From the NCBI GenBank assembly GCA_963707025.1, contig CAVPOM010000006.1, positions 128,001 to 192,000 on the forward strand: a stretch of 64,000 nt of DNA, written 5' to 3'. Within the stretch, counting starts at the first letter, position 1. Every line of letters starts with the position of its first letter. Shown here piece after piece: positions 10,472 to 20,239 of the stretch. The position numbers were made by a program, and so were the translations under genes. Below the pieces are notes generated by a model, which saw nothing but the letters and a program-made list of their open reading frames with translations, made no database searches and was not told the origin of the DNA. Origin of the DNA: an uncultured Verrucomicrobiae bacterium (GTDB taxonomy: Bacteria > Verrucomicrobiota > Verrucomicrobiia > Limisphaerales > Palsa-1400).

Positions 10472-13400
10472 ATGCAACTGGTTTTAAGAAACTGCGCGGG
10501 GGGAAAGGGGCGCCTGGCCGGGTGGGCTGCCCTTGTCGCCTGCCTGGCCGTGCTCGCCTGTGCTCCGGCACTCCGGGCGCAAATTGATTACGAGGAAACC
10601 AACGTCACCGTCACCACCATTGGCGGCGGACCGCCGCCGGGCAATCTTTGCGCCAGCCCGGCTGGGTTTGTGGATGGCAACACTCTGGAGGCATCCCAAT
10701 TTGACGGCCCCGTGGACGCGGCCCTGAATTCCCAGGGAACTCTCTTCATCGCCGACTACACCAATAACGCCATCCGCATCGTCACCTCCGTCGGGGACGC
10801 CGTCAACAGCATTACCGAAACGAAGTCCTTTTTCACCAACCTCCCCGGGGTGGTGGGCCTGGCCGTGGACGCGGCCGACAACCTGTATGTGCTGACGCAG
10901 GGCGACAAAATGCTGAGAAAATACAATTATTCGTACAATTTGCTTTTCAGCGAAGTCCTGCCGTTTACGCCTGCGGCGCTGGCGGTTTCCCTGGACTCGG
11001 CCACCAATATATTTGTCGCTTTCACTAATGGGGTGGTGCTGGAGCTGGCACAGAACGGGGTGAGTATTGTGAAAACAACCACCATCGTCGCCGGCGGCTC
11101 GAAACTGAAGCCCGGTGGCATCGCCTGGCGCAGCGATGGGGCTTTGGCCGTGAGCGACCTGGCCAATAACGCCATTTACCTCCTGGTCAACACCAGCAAC
11201 GCCATTCCCTTGCTCTACGCCGGCGGCGGCGCCAATGGTTCGACGGCGGGTTGGGTGGACGGCGTTTTCGGCTTTGCGGAGTTCAATGGACCGTGCGGCC
11301 TGGCCTGGTCGCCCGACGGCCAGTTGGTGGTGGCGGACCGTTTGAACAACGCGGTGCGGCGGATTAATGCCGCGGCCACCACCAGCACCATTTACGGGGT
11401 CAGTTCCAATCTTTGGACGGGGACCTTCTGTCATGCCACGCCCAATGCGATTTTCGCGGGCTGGGTGGATGGCGGTTTCGGCGAGGATCAAACCAACGCC
11501 ACCGGACGCGCCCCAGCCAGCGTGGTCATTGCCTCGTCCAGCACCATCTATGTCACCGAACTGTATTATGATCTGCTGCGCGAGGTGAAGGGAGTCACCT
11601 TCGGGAGCGGCACCAACGCCGTCAGCGCGACCAACGTGGTCATCCCGCCGCCGGTGTTCAGCCCCAATTCCGGATACTTCCCGGAATGCCAGACCATCTT
11701 GGTGACCAGTTTAGCCCCGTCGGTTTATTACACCACCGACGGAACGACCCCCACCACCAACAGCCCGACGGTGCAGATCACCAACATCAGCGTCGTCAAC
11801 GACCAGGTCATTTATGAAGGCTCCTTCCAGTGGTGCAATTCCCTCCTGGATTTGAGTTCCTTGCGCCTCATCACCGCCAGCGGCACCAACGTCAGCGTGG
11901 TCACCAACGGGGTCAGCAGCCTTGTCAATCAAATCGGCTTCCCGTTTTCCCGTGTCGCCGGCAGCGGTTCCACCGCGGTCATTCCCGTGGTGGTCAATTT
12001 GCAAAGCAACGCCACGCTGGCTTCGCTGCAATTCGACCTGGAAATCATTCCGACGACGGCCGCGACGCCGCCCATTGCGGCGGTGACCCTCCTGCCCATT
12101 TCCACCAACGATTTCCTCCAGTTGGTCAGGCAGGCCCCTGGCAATGCGCCGGTCAATTACCAAAGCTTCCCTTACTTTCCGGGGAGCAACGGGCTGGGTT
12201 TGGCCATCCTGGCGCCGGCGGTAAATTCCGGATTGAACGTGCATAATTTCGCGGTGTTGACGTTGTTGGAAGTTCCCATTCCCGCAACGGCGGTCGAAGG
12301 GCAAAGTTACACGCTCAATGTCCGTGACGCTTCCGGCACCTCCAATGCGGCCCAAGGCACCGTGCTGTTCGCCTCCCTGCCCATCCAGACCCTGACCATT
12401 TCCAACTACCAGTATTTTGCGGGGGATTCCTCGCCCTCCAGCGGATACGAGGCGGGCGAATTTGGCGACGGCGCCCTCAACAACAGCGATGTCAACAATG
12501 CGCTCCTCGCCTCCCTGGGCATCCATGTTCCCTTCACCTTCACCGATGCTTACAGCGCGATGGATGTGTATCCTGAAACGGCCACGGAAATAGGGGACGG
12601 CTTGATCACCTATCTGGATTGGCAGCATATTTTGCTGCGCTCACTCGGGGTCGAGACCAACAACTGGGTCCGCTTCTGGACCAACGGCGGCTTTCTCTCG
12701 CACAAGCGCATCGCCTGGTCGCCCGGCCAGACCGTCCCCGTCGGCGTTTCCCCAAATCTTGCGCTGGCCACCGCCGGGACCCGCGCCGTGGCCACTCCCC
12801 AGCCGGGGGTGGCTTGGTTGCGGCAGGCTACCATCCACGCCGGAACCATTGCCCAATTGACTCCTGGCAATACCTATTCCATCCCGGTCTATGTCAATGT
12901 CCTGCCGGGCTGCAGCTTGTCCGGCCTGCAATTCCGCGCCATGCTCGTGCCCAACGGCGCGGCCCCCGCGCCGGGCCAGATTCAATTTAACGCCGTGCCC
13001 GGCCTGCCCCCTCCTTACGCCTCCGCCGCTGGACTCTCGCCCAACGACATCATATACGCCGTGTCGCTCTCCCAGCCTTTCACGCCGGCGCTCCAGGGCA
13101 GCAACGCCCTCGGCTCCATTTCGTTCCAAGTCCCGCCTGGCGCGCAAGCCGGGCAATCCTACACCTTGCGTTTTTCGGGGGTGGACGGGTCGCCCGACTT
13201 CGATACGGCCTATCAATTGGAAAGCGTGCCCGGCTCGGCCTGGGTGAAATCCGCCGCGCTCAGCCCGCCGCAAACCACCTCCGACGAGTGGCGGATGTAC
13301 TTCTTCGGCAGCCTGACCAACGCCCTGGCGCAGGACAATGCGGACCCGGACGGGGACGGCATGGCCAACTGGCAGGAATATCTGGCCGGGACCAATCCCA

Positions 13401-13645
13401 CCAACGCCCTCTCCGCGCTGCAATTCGCCGGGGCCGGGTTGGTCCCCGGCGGCGCGCCCAACATCAATTTGAGCTGGCAGACGGCGCCGGGCAGGCTCTA
13501 CGTCCTGGAATCCAGCCCGGTGGCCGGGGGAAACAACTGGACGCCTGTCAACACCAATCTGGGTGATGGCAACGCCTTCCAGGTTGTCCTGACCAACCAC
13601 ACGGGGACCGCGCGCTTCTATCGCCTCCAACTACTCCAGCCATGA
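10472..13645 (+). CDS. Large secreted protein: NHL repeats, Fn3-associated/CHB_HEX_C-like domain, cohesin-like, dockerin-like, cohesin-like, DPDGDG Ca-binding repeat, C-terminal FYR domain
   Basis: Signal peptide ending ALRA|QI; NHL motifs (QFDGPVDAALNSQGTLFIADYTNNAIR); PPVFSPNSG...YYTTDGTTP; IPVVVNLQSNATLASLQFDL; paired GD...GDGALNNSDV and DV...GDGLITYLDW; DPDGDGMANWQEYLAGTNP; RFYRL. Domain names are from motif recognition. Confidence 0.8.
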   Translation: MQLVLRNCAGGKGRLAGWAALVACLAVLACAPALRAQIDYEETNVTVTTIGGGPPPGNLCASPAGFVDGNTLEASQFDGPVDAALNSQGTLFIADYTNNAIRIVTSVGDAVNSITETKSFFTNLPGVVGLAVDAADNLYVLTQGDKMLRKYNYSYNLLFSEVLPFTPAALAVSLDSATNIFVAFTNGVVLELAQNGVSIVKTTTIVAGGSKLKPGGIAWRSDGALAVSDLANNAIYLLVNTSNAIPLLYAGGGANGSTAGWVDGVFGFAEFNGPCGLAWSPDGQLVVADRLNNAVRRINAAATTSTIYGVSSNLWTGTFCHATPNAIFAGWVDGGFGEDQTNATGRAPASVVIASSSTIYVTELYYDLLREVKGVTFGSGTNAVSATNVVIPPPVFSPNSGYFPECQTILVTSLAPSVYYTTDGTTPTTNSPTVQITNISVVNDQVIYEGSFQWCNSLLDLSSLRLITASGTNVSVVTNGVSSLVNQIGFPFSRVAGSGSTAVIPVVVNLQSNATLASLQFDLEIIPTTAATPPIAAVTLLPISTNDFLQLVRQAPGNAPVNYQSFPYFPGSNGLGLAILAPAVNSGLNVHNFAVLTLLEVPIPATAVEGQSYTLNVRDASGTSNAAQGTVLFASLPIQTLTISNYQYFAGDSSPSSGYEAGEFGDGALNNSDVNNALLASLGIHVPFTFTDAYSAMDVYPETATEIGDGLITYLDWQHILLRSLGVETNNWVRFWTNGGFLSHKRIAWSPGQTVPVGVSPNLALATAGTRAVATPQPGVAWLRQATIHAGTIAQLTPGNTYSIPVYVNVLPGCSLSGLQFRAMLVPNGAAPAPGQIQFNAVPGLPPPYASAAGLSPNDIIYAVSLSQPFTPALQGSNALGSISFQVPPGAQAGQSYTLRFSGVDGSPDFDTAYQLESVPGSAWVKSAALSPPQTTSDEWRMYFFGSLTNALAQDNADPDGDGMANWQEYLAGTNPTNALSALQFAGAGLVPGGAPNINLSWQTAPGRLYVLESSPVAGGNNWTPVNTNLGDGNAFQVVLTNHTGTARFYRLQLLQP

Positions 13646-16600
13646 CCACGACACAAAAATCCAACCGGCCCTCCGGCGGCCTGAAGCGGGCCGGCGGAAT
13701 ATTGGCCGCGATGCTTTTCGCCGCCGCCCTGCACGGCCAGCAACAAATCGCCACCGCCATTGCCACGGGCCTGAATCAGCCGGGCTTCGTGACCAGCGAC
13801 CCGGACGACAACATTTACCTGACCAACACTGTCAACAATCGCATCGTCGAGTTCATTCCCCTGACCAATGGCGTGTTCACCCTGGCGGGGTCGGGCACGG
13901 CCCAGTCCGGATTGAGCAACAGCGTTTTCGGCGATCAGGCTCTTTTTTCCTATCCTTTGGGCATTGTCTATGATCCCTTCCGCGGCGGATTGGTGGTGGT
14001 GGATCAGGTCAATCAAGTGTTGCGGCTGGTCACTCTGGGCGGCGCGGTCTCCACCCTGGCCGGCATCCCCTCCACCCTGGCCAACCCGGACGGCGGCGCC
14101 AACGACGGCACGGCGGCCACGGCCCAGTTCAGCGACCCGGTCGGCATCGCGACCAACGGCGTCGGCAACCTGTATATCGCCGACACGGGCAACAACGCCA
14201 TCCGCCGCGTCAACAGCACCAACGGCGTGACCACCGTGCAGGTGATCAACTACACCTTCTACGGCCCGACGGCCGTGGCGTTGGACACCAATAACAACCT
14301 TTGGGTGGCCGACACCAGGAACGACACCATTTGCGTCATCAGCAATATCAGTGTCATCGGCAAGCAATCCGCCTACGTCATCGCCGGCACGCTCGGCCAC
14401 ACCGGCACCAACGATGCGGCCAACGCGTCCAGCGCCTTGTTCAACCAGCCGGGCGGGTTGCTCTGGGACCCGAATGGAGCCGGTTTGCTCATCAGCGACA
14501 CCGGCAACAACACCGTCCGGCGGCTCTATCCCAACCTGGCGCAGGGCGGCTGGTCCGTGCAAACCGTGGCCGGCCTTCCGGGCGTGGCGGGAAAGACGGA
14601 CGGCGTGATCTCCATCGCCGAATTGAGTTCTCCGCTTGGCCTGACGGTGGATGCCGTCAATAACGGCTATTACATCGTGGACATGAAGAACAATGAGTTG
14701 CGCCGTTATCAAACCGGCCCGCCCCAGCCGCCGGTGCAGAACCCGCAAATCGGGTTGGTCACCTTTCCCATCAATCCCGCGACCGGGCAACCGTCCTCCC
14801 TGTTCACCGCGCTGCCCGAGGGCGGCATTTTCAACACCAACAACATTATCGCCATTTTCAATACGGACTCCGACCCGAACGTGCAGACCTATTACCTGGT
14901 GACCAACACGCCGCCCAACCAGTTTGTCAACCCGCCGATTCCCGGCACCAATTCGCTCTTCGCCCCCAATTATCCGGGAAACGGCTCGCCGGAAACCGTG
15001 CAGGACACGACCACCTTGTTCCAACCGCGGCCTTACGAGGTGACGCTCTATGCGATCAGCCTGGCCCGGGGCCGCGCCCCCAGCCAGGTGGTCAGCGCCA
15101 ATTTTTCCTATATCACGGCCCCGCCGGTCATCGGCGGCAACAATGGCGCCACGGTGCAATTGACGGATCTGACCGTGCCTTCGACCATGTGGTACACTTT
15201 GAACAGCAACGCGCCGGTGGTCAACGGGGCCGGCAGCTTTGGGCCGCTCAGCTCTCCCGCCACGATTTCCTTCGTGGTCAACAGCAACGTCACTCTCACG
15301 GTGCAGGCCTATTCCCCCGGCTTTGCTCCCAGCGCCCTGGTCTCCCAAACATTTGCGGCCTCCAATTTCGTCACCGATCAAATGACCTTCGGCTTTGCCT
15401 CGGGTGAAGCTTCCAGCCAGTTCCTGGCAGCCGCCGGGCATCGTTTTTACGTGCCCGTGACCCTGAGCCTCCTGCCGGCCTCCACCATGTATTCCCTGCA
15501 GTTCAACGTCACCGTCACCAACCTGGCCGGCGCTCCGCCGGTCGGGACGACTTACACGTTCGACTCCATGCTCGTCCAGCCCGTCGAAATCAACGGGCAA
15601 TTATTCTATGAAACGATTCCCACAGAGATGTTCACCAACGGCGGGTTTCAAGACCTGCGCTTCACCAATTCCAGCCTCAACCTGCTGGGCGTCGGCTGGC
15701 TGGAAATTCCGCCGGAGACCAATTTATACAACACTGTGGGACAGACCTTGATCACCTATTCGCTGGCGCACGAAACCGTCTTCAATAGTTCGTCCGGCAG
15801 CGTGATCGTTGGCGCCTATTCCTTTGACATTCCCGGCGGCGCCGTCACCAACCAAGCCTATCAAATCCAAATCGGCCGCCCCTCCGCCGATGGAGACGGT
15901 TTCGCCCAGAACGTTCTCATCCAGGCTCCGACCAATGGCTCCCTTGGGGTGGGGGCCATCAATTCCATCAAGAATGTCACGGTGAGTGTCATCCCCTACT
16001 TGGTGGGCGATGTGGCCCCCTTCCGCTGGTTCAACGCCGGTGATTTTGGCGACGGCAATCTCCTCAACAATGACGTTTTGGAAGTATTCCGCGCCGCCGT
16101 TTACCAACTGGAGAGAACTTTGCCCGGCAGCGATTTCTTTGACGCCTTGGATTCTTCCGATGGTTCCTTCAACGATTATTACACCGAGACCGATGCGCAG
16201 ATTAACAACATTTTATTCGGCGACGGGAAATTGGACGTGACCGATGTCTATGTGACCTTCCGCCGCTCCTTGGATCCTTCTTTAAATTGGATCCAGCGAT
16301 ACTGGTCCAATAATGGCGCCGGTGGTTCAGCCTTGTTCGCGCAGACCGTCCCCAACGTGCTTAATCCAGCCAATCCATCCGTGGCCAAGTCGCCGGCGGT
16401 GCGCGTCCCTCAAGTGTCCACCCCGACGCCGCATTTCATCGCGGTCGGGGCGGATGTTGTCCAGGCGGGCGGCAACCAAACTGTGTCGGTGCCCGTCCGT
16501 GTTCTGGCGGCGGATCCCCTTCCCATCCGCGTGCTGATGCTGAACGTGGATGTCATCCCGCTCGACGGCTCTCCCGCCGTGACCAACGCCGTCGCTTTCT

Positions 16601-17238
16601 CCCCCGCCGCCGTTTTGGGGACGCCTGCCATGTCCATGTCGCAAGGCGCCAATAACTACGCCGCCGCCTGGCTTAATTCCTCCAACTCCGGCGTCAGCGG
16701 CACCAATGTCATCGGCACGGTCACCGTCACTTTGCCGCCCGGTGTCACCGCCAATTCGTCTTACCTGGTGCATTTCGAGCATTTCTCCGCCTCGCCCAAC
16801 GGCCTGGCTCTGTTCCAATCCACCATCACGGACGGCTTGATTACGGTGGGCAATCGCACTGGTTCGAGCTGGGGCGATGGCATCCCGGACACCTGGCGGC
16901 TGCTTTGTTTCGGCACCGTTTCCAACCTTCTCTCCGCCGCGAACCTCGATCCCGATGGCGACGGCGCATCCAACTGGCAGGAGTACGTGGCCGGCACCAA
17001 TCCGATGGATCCCGCCTCCGTGCTGCGGTTGACGCCGCTGGCGCCCGCTCCCAACTTCACCGTGCAATGGCCTTCCGTGCCGGGCAAAACTTATATGGTG
17101 CAGAGTTCGGTTTCCCTGTTCTCCACCAACTGGTCCGTCACTGCCAGCAACCTGCCTGGCACCGGCCAAATGATGCAGCTCTCCGACACCAACACCCCCG
17201 CCCCGCCGGCCAGATTCTACCGCGTCCAGGTGCAATAA
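13642..17238 (+). CDS. Large secreted paralog with the same NHL / cohesin-like / dockerin-like / cohesin-like / FYR architecture
   Basis: Signal peptide; NHL (QFSDPVGIATNGVGNLYIADTGNNAIR); VPVTLSLLPASTMYSLQFNV; YLVGDVAP...GDGNLLNNDV and GDGKLDVTDV; DPDGDGASNWQEYVAGTNP; RFYRV; ATGA overlap with the upstream paralog. Confidence 0.8.
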   Translation: MTTTQKSNRPSGGLKRAGGILAAMLFAAALHGQQQIATAIATGLNQPGFVTSDPDDNIYLTNTVNNRIVEFIPLTNGVFTLAGSGTAQSGLSNSVFGDQALFSYPLGIVYDPFRGGLVVVDQVNQVLRLVTLGGAVSTLAGIPSTLANPDGGANDGTAATAQFSDPVGIATNGVGNLYIADTGNNAIRRVNSTNGVTTVQVINYTFYGPTAVALDTNNNLWVADTRNDTICVISNISVIGKQSAYVIAGTLGHTGTNDAANASSALFNQPGGLLWDPNGAGLLISDTGNNTVRRLYPNLAQGGWSVQTVAGLPGVAGKTDGVISIAELSSPLGLTVDAVNNGYYIVDMKNNELRRYQTGPPQPPVQNPQIGLVTFPINPATGQPSSLFTALPEGGIFNTNNIIAIFNTDSDPNVQTYYLVTNTPPNQFVNPPIPGTNSLFAPNYPGNGSPETVQDTTTLFQPRPYEVTLYAISLARGRAPSQVVSANFSYITAPPVIGGNNGATVQLTDLTVPSTMWYTLNSNAPVVNGAGSFGPLSSPATISFVVNSNVTLTVQAYSPGFAPSALVSQTFAASNFVTDQMTFGFASGEASSQFLAAAGHRFYVPVTLSLLPASTMYSLQFNVTVTNLAGAPPVGTTYTFDSMLVQPVEINGQLFYETIPTEMFTNGGFQDLRFTNSSLNLLGVGWLEIPPETNLYNTVGQTLITYSLAHETVFNSSSGSVIVGAYSFDIPGGAVTNQAYQIQIGRPSADGDGFAQNVLIQAPTNGSLGVGAINSIKNVTVSVIPYLVGDVAPFRWFNAGDFGDGNLLNNDVLEVFRAAVYQLERTLPGSDFFDALDSSDGSFNDYYTETDAQINNILFGDGKLDVTDVYVTFRRSLDPSLNWIQRYWSNNGAGGSALFAQTVPNVLNPANPSVAKSPAVRVPQVSTPTPHFIAVGADVVQAGGNQTVSVPVRVLAADPLPIRVLMLNVDVIPLDGSPAVTNAVAFSPAAVLGTPAMSMSQGANNYAAAWLNSSNSGVSGTNVIGTVTVTLPPGVTANSSYLVHFEHFSASPNGLALFQSTITDGLITVGNRTGSSWGDGIPDTWRLLCFGTVSNLLSAANLDPDGDGASNWQEYVAGTNPMDPASVLRLTPLAPAPNFTVQWPSVPGKTYMVQSSVSLFSTNWSVTASNLPGTGQMMQLSDTNTPAPPARFYRVQVQ

Positions 17239-17300
17239 AACAGGAGTTGCCTGCGGAGCGGGCGAGGCCAAACCAAGCGGTTCATTCTGCAACCATCTAT

Positions 17301-18764
17301 CTACTGGATGGCCAGTTCCTGCTTGATTTTGAATTTTTCCACGCGCTTGCGCAAGGTGGCCCGCGTGATGCCCAGAAGTTTGGCGGCCTGGACCTGGTTG
17401 CCTTTGGTTTCCAACAGGGCTTGGATGATGAGTTCCCGTTCCACCGCGGGCAGAACTTTCAGTTGGCCCTCCTGGCGCGCCCATTCAAACAAGGTTCGCC
17501 CCACCGCCGCCCAGTCCAACAGGCCGCCTCCCCCCGCCGGAGCGGCCGCCTTCTCGGGCGGGGCCGGGCCGGGCTTGTCCAGTCCGGCCGCCGGGAGGCT
17601 GGAGATTTCCACCGGGAGGTCGCCCGGCAAAATAACATCGCCCTTGGCCATGACGGTGGCCCGCTGGACCACGTTCTCCAGTTCCCGCACGTTGCCCGGC
17701 CAGTGGAACCGCTCCAGCAGTTCGGCCGCCGCCGGCAGGATGGACTTGGGGGCGCGCCCCTGGGCCTGGGCGAACTTCTTTAAAAAATAGTTGACAAGCA
17801 GGGGAATGTCGTCCCGCCGCTCGCGCAGCGGGGGAATGGGCACGCGCACGACGTTGAGGCGGTAAAACAAGTCCTCGCGGAATTCGCGGGCGGCCACGGC
17901 CTGTTCCAGCGGCTTGTGCGTGGCGGCGATGACCCGCACGTCCACTTGGATGGATTGGTTGCCGCCGACCCGCTCAAAGGCGCCGGACTGGAGGACGCGC
18001 AGGATTTTGGCCTGGGTGGAGAGGGTCATGTCCCCGATCTCGTCCAGGAAAATGGTGCCGTGGTTGCACTGCTCGAATTTGCCGATGCGCTGGGCGGCGG
18101 CGCCGGTAAAAGCGCCTTTTTCGTGGCCGAACAATTCGCTTTCCAGCAAGTTTTCCGGGATGGCGGCGCAGTTGATGGCCAGGAAAGTCTGGGCGTTGCG
18201 CTGGCTGTGATGATAAATGGCGCGCGACACCAGTTCCTTGCCCGTGCCGCTTTCCCCGGTGATCAGCGCGGTGGCGTCGCTCCCGGCCAGTTGCCCGATG
18301 ATTTTGAAGACGTTCTGCATCCTTTCGCTGCGCCCGATGATCCCCAAATCGTAATCCTCCGATTCGAGCAACGGCTGGTAGGAAACGACCTGGCGCATGT
18401 CGCGGGCGGCCTTGAGGGCGTCCAGGACAACCTGCTTGAGCCGGGGCACATCGAAGGGTTTGAGCAGATAATCGTAAGCGCCCAACTTCATCGCCTCGAT
18501 GGCGGTCTGGGTGGTGCCGTAGGCCGTCATCATGATGACCATTTGTTTGGCGTCCATCTGGCGGAGGCGGCGGAGGGTTTCCAGGCCGCTCATCCCGCCC
18601 ATGCGCACGTCCATGATGACCAGGTCTGGTTTGAGGCGGGGGATGAGCTTCAACCCCTCCTCCCCGCTGTCCGCCGTGGTCAACTGGATTTCCGGCTGGT
18701 CAAAAATGCGGCGGAACGAGTATTGCACGTCCGCTTCGTCATCAATTAAAAGGAGCTTGTCCAT
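17301..18764 (-). CDS. Sigma54-dependent response regulator (NtrC family: REC-AAA+-Fis HTH)
   Basis: MDKLLLIDDE, GESGTGKE, GAFTGA, WPGNVRELEN, C-terminal AAKLLGITRATLRKR. Confidence 0.95.
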   Translation of the reverse strand: MDKLLLIDDEADVQYSFRRIFDQPEIQLTTADSGEEGLKLIPRLKPDLVIMDVRMGGMSGLETLRRLRQMDAKQMVIMMTAYGTTQTAIEAMKLGAYDYLLKPFDVPRLKQVVLDALKAARDMRQVVSYQPLLESEDYDLGIIGRSERMQNVFKIIGQLAGSDATALITGESGTGKELVSRAIYHHSQRNAQTFLAINCAAIPENLLESELFGHEKGAFTGAAAQRIGKFEQCNHGTIFLDEIGDMTLSTQAKILRVLQSGAFERVGGNQSIQVDVRVIAATHKPLEQAVAAREFREDLFYRLNVVRVPIPPLRERRDDIPLLVNYFLKKFAQAQGRAPKSILPAAAELLERFHWPGNVRELENVVQRATVMAKGDVILPGDLPVEISSLPAAGLDKPGPAPPEKAAAPAGGGGLLDWAAVGRTLFEWARQEGQLKVLPAVERELIIQALLETKGNQVQAAKLLGITRATLRKRVEKFKIKQELAIQ

Positions 18765-18787
18765 GTTCACGCGCCCGCAGCATAACC
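18628..18787. repeat. 160-bp direct repeat, copy 1 (5' end of the intact response regulator gene)
   Basis: Nearly identical to 20080..20239 (about 2 mismatches by eye). Confidence 0.95.
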
Positions 18788-18794
18788 CAAAGTA

Positions 18795-19290
18795 ATGCAA
18801 AATGAAGAATGAAAATTGCAGAAGGAAAAGGGCGCACGGAGTGCTGGGGTGGCGGAGCAAAGTCTAAAGGCTGAAGGCTGAAGGCTAAAAGTTGGGACAA
18901 GGATGTGTGGAGTGATGGAGTAATGGGCCCGAAACTTCAAAAAAACACCTTGATTCACCTTGATTGGGCTTGATTGAGCTTGCTTGGAAAAGCCTGATTT
19001 AGTGTGTAAATTGTTCATGGACAGGCATTTGGATTGAATTGCCGCCAAAATGCGCAAAAGCCGCAAAAGAAGGCATTGTTGCAGGCGGATGAGAACGGAA
19101 AATAACACGATTAGACACGAACGAGCACCATTGGGACGGGGATGAATTGCCGCGAGAGGGCGCAAAAGAACGCAAAAGGAACGACCCCCTCCTACGAGGC
19201 GAAGACCATAGGGCTCCTTTTTCTTCGCAGGCCGTTTTACTTGGATTGACTTGGATGGATTTGGATTGGGCCGGATTGGATTCACCTGAC
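18795..19290. repeat. Patchwork of short 7-10 bp tandem repeats
   Basis: AAGGCTG x3 near 18867; CTTGATT/CTTGCTT with 10-bp period at 18949-18985; TTGGAT with 10-bp period at 19241-19287; AAAATG(C/A) units near 18795. Confidence 0.7.
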
Positions 19291-19513
19291 CGGCACCGAT
19301 CTTGAACGTTACAGATGGATGCTCCTTTTGGTGGAGGCTGGGCGAACGATAAACCGTCGGAGTCCCGGATTGGTTCCGCGCGCCGCCTGACCTTTGTGGC
19401 CTTGCCCTCATTTCTGAGGAAAGATTAGTTGATAAGCCGGATTCTGTCAAAGGAAAAGCAAAAGTCCTGATTTACAAGTTGCCTGGCGGGCTGAGCCGCG
19501 CTAGATTTTTGCC

Positions 19514-19705
19514 ATGAGTGCCATCGAAGTCATTGCTGAAATCAAGGCTCTGCCGGACCACGAACGGGATCGTGTGCTGGGTTTTCTGATAGCCGACGCC
19601 GAATTGCGCGAAGACTTGCAGGACAGCATGGTGATAGAGTCCCGACGCCATGAGCCGAGCCGGCCGCTCGCGGACGTGTTGAACGACCTCGATATCAAGG
19701 TGTGA
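19514..19705 (+). CDS. Putative antitoxin of the RelE toxin
   Basis: 63-aa acidic ORF (LREDLQDSMVIESRRHEPSRPLADVL) overlapping the start of the RelE gene (GTGA). Confidence 0.7.
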   Translation: MSAIEVIAEIKALPDHERDRVLGFLIADAELREDLQDSMVIESRRHEPSRPLADVLNDLDIKV

Positions 19706-19954
19706 GCTTCCGCGTTGCAGTCCGCGGCTCCGCCGAGAAGGAGCTCGGCCGTCTTTCAACCCAGGCCCGCCGGCGCATTGCCAGGGCTTTGCTTGTTGGG
19801 AGAGCAGCCGCTCCCTCCTGGGGTGAGGAAATTGAAAGGCTCGGAGGGTTACCGCATTCGGGTGGGTGATTACCGCGTCCTCTACACGATTGACACACAA
19901 AATAGCGAGGTTTCCGTTTTTGCCATCGGTCACAGAAAAGACGTTTACCGTTGA
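19702..19954 (+). pseudogene. relE: RelE/ParE family toxin, frameshifted near 19794
   Basis: MSFRVAVRGSAEKELGRL...RIARALL, then a shift to LGEQPLPPGVRKLKGSEGYRIRVGDYRVLYTID...IGHRKDVYR. Confidence 0.85.
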
Positions 19955-20079
19955 ACGCGCAACACCGTTTGTGGTGGTGATTGCCGGAAACCGCCTAAAA
20001 ATGAACCAAACTATGCGTGAAATCTTTCCCCTTCCCTTTCCTCAATATGCGATTATGCGGGACCCCTCTGGCTTCTTGC

Positions 20080-20239
20080 GGTTTGAGGCGGGGGATGAGC
20101 TTCAACCCCTCCTCCCCGCTGTCCGCCGTGGTCAACTGGATTTCCGGCTGGTCAAAAATGCGGCGGAACGAGTATTGCACATCCGCTTCGTCATCAATTA
20201 AAAGGAGCTTTTCCATGTTCACGCGCCCGCAGCATAACC
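20080..20239 (-). pseudogene. Orphan 5' fragment of the response regulator (direct repeat copy 2)
   Basis: Encodes MEKLLLIDDEADVQYSFRRIFDQPEIQLTTADSGEEGLKLIPRLKP from ATG 20216, after which homology stops. Confidence 0.92.

Noticed and set aside
13618..15600. Long antisense ORFs (e.g. 13618..15600, 4963..6633, 52491..53969, 58404..59780)
   Set aside because: These are shadow ORFs expected in high-GC coding DNA, opposite well-supported genes and without recognisable motifs.
18767..19450. 227-aa ORF in the RelE insert
   Set aside because: It is a translation of low-complexity repeat DNA with no protein-like motifs.
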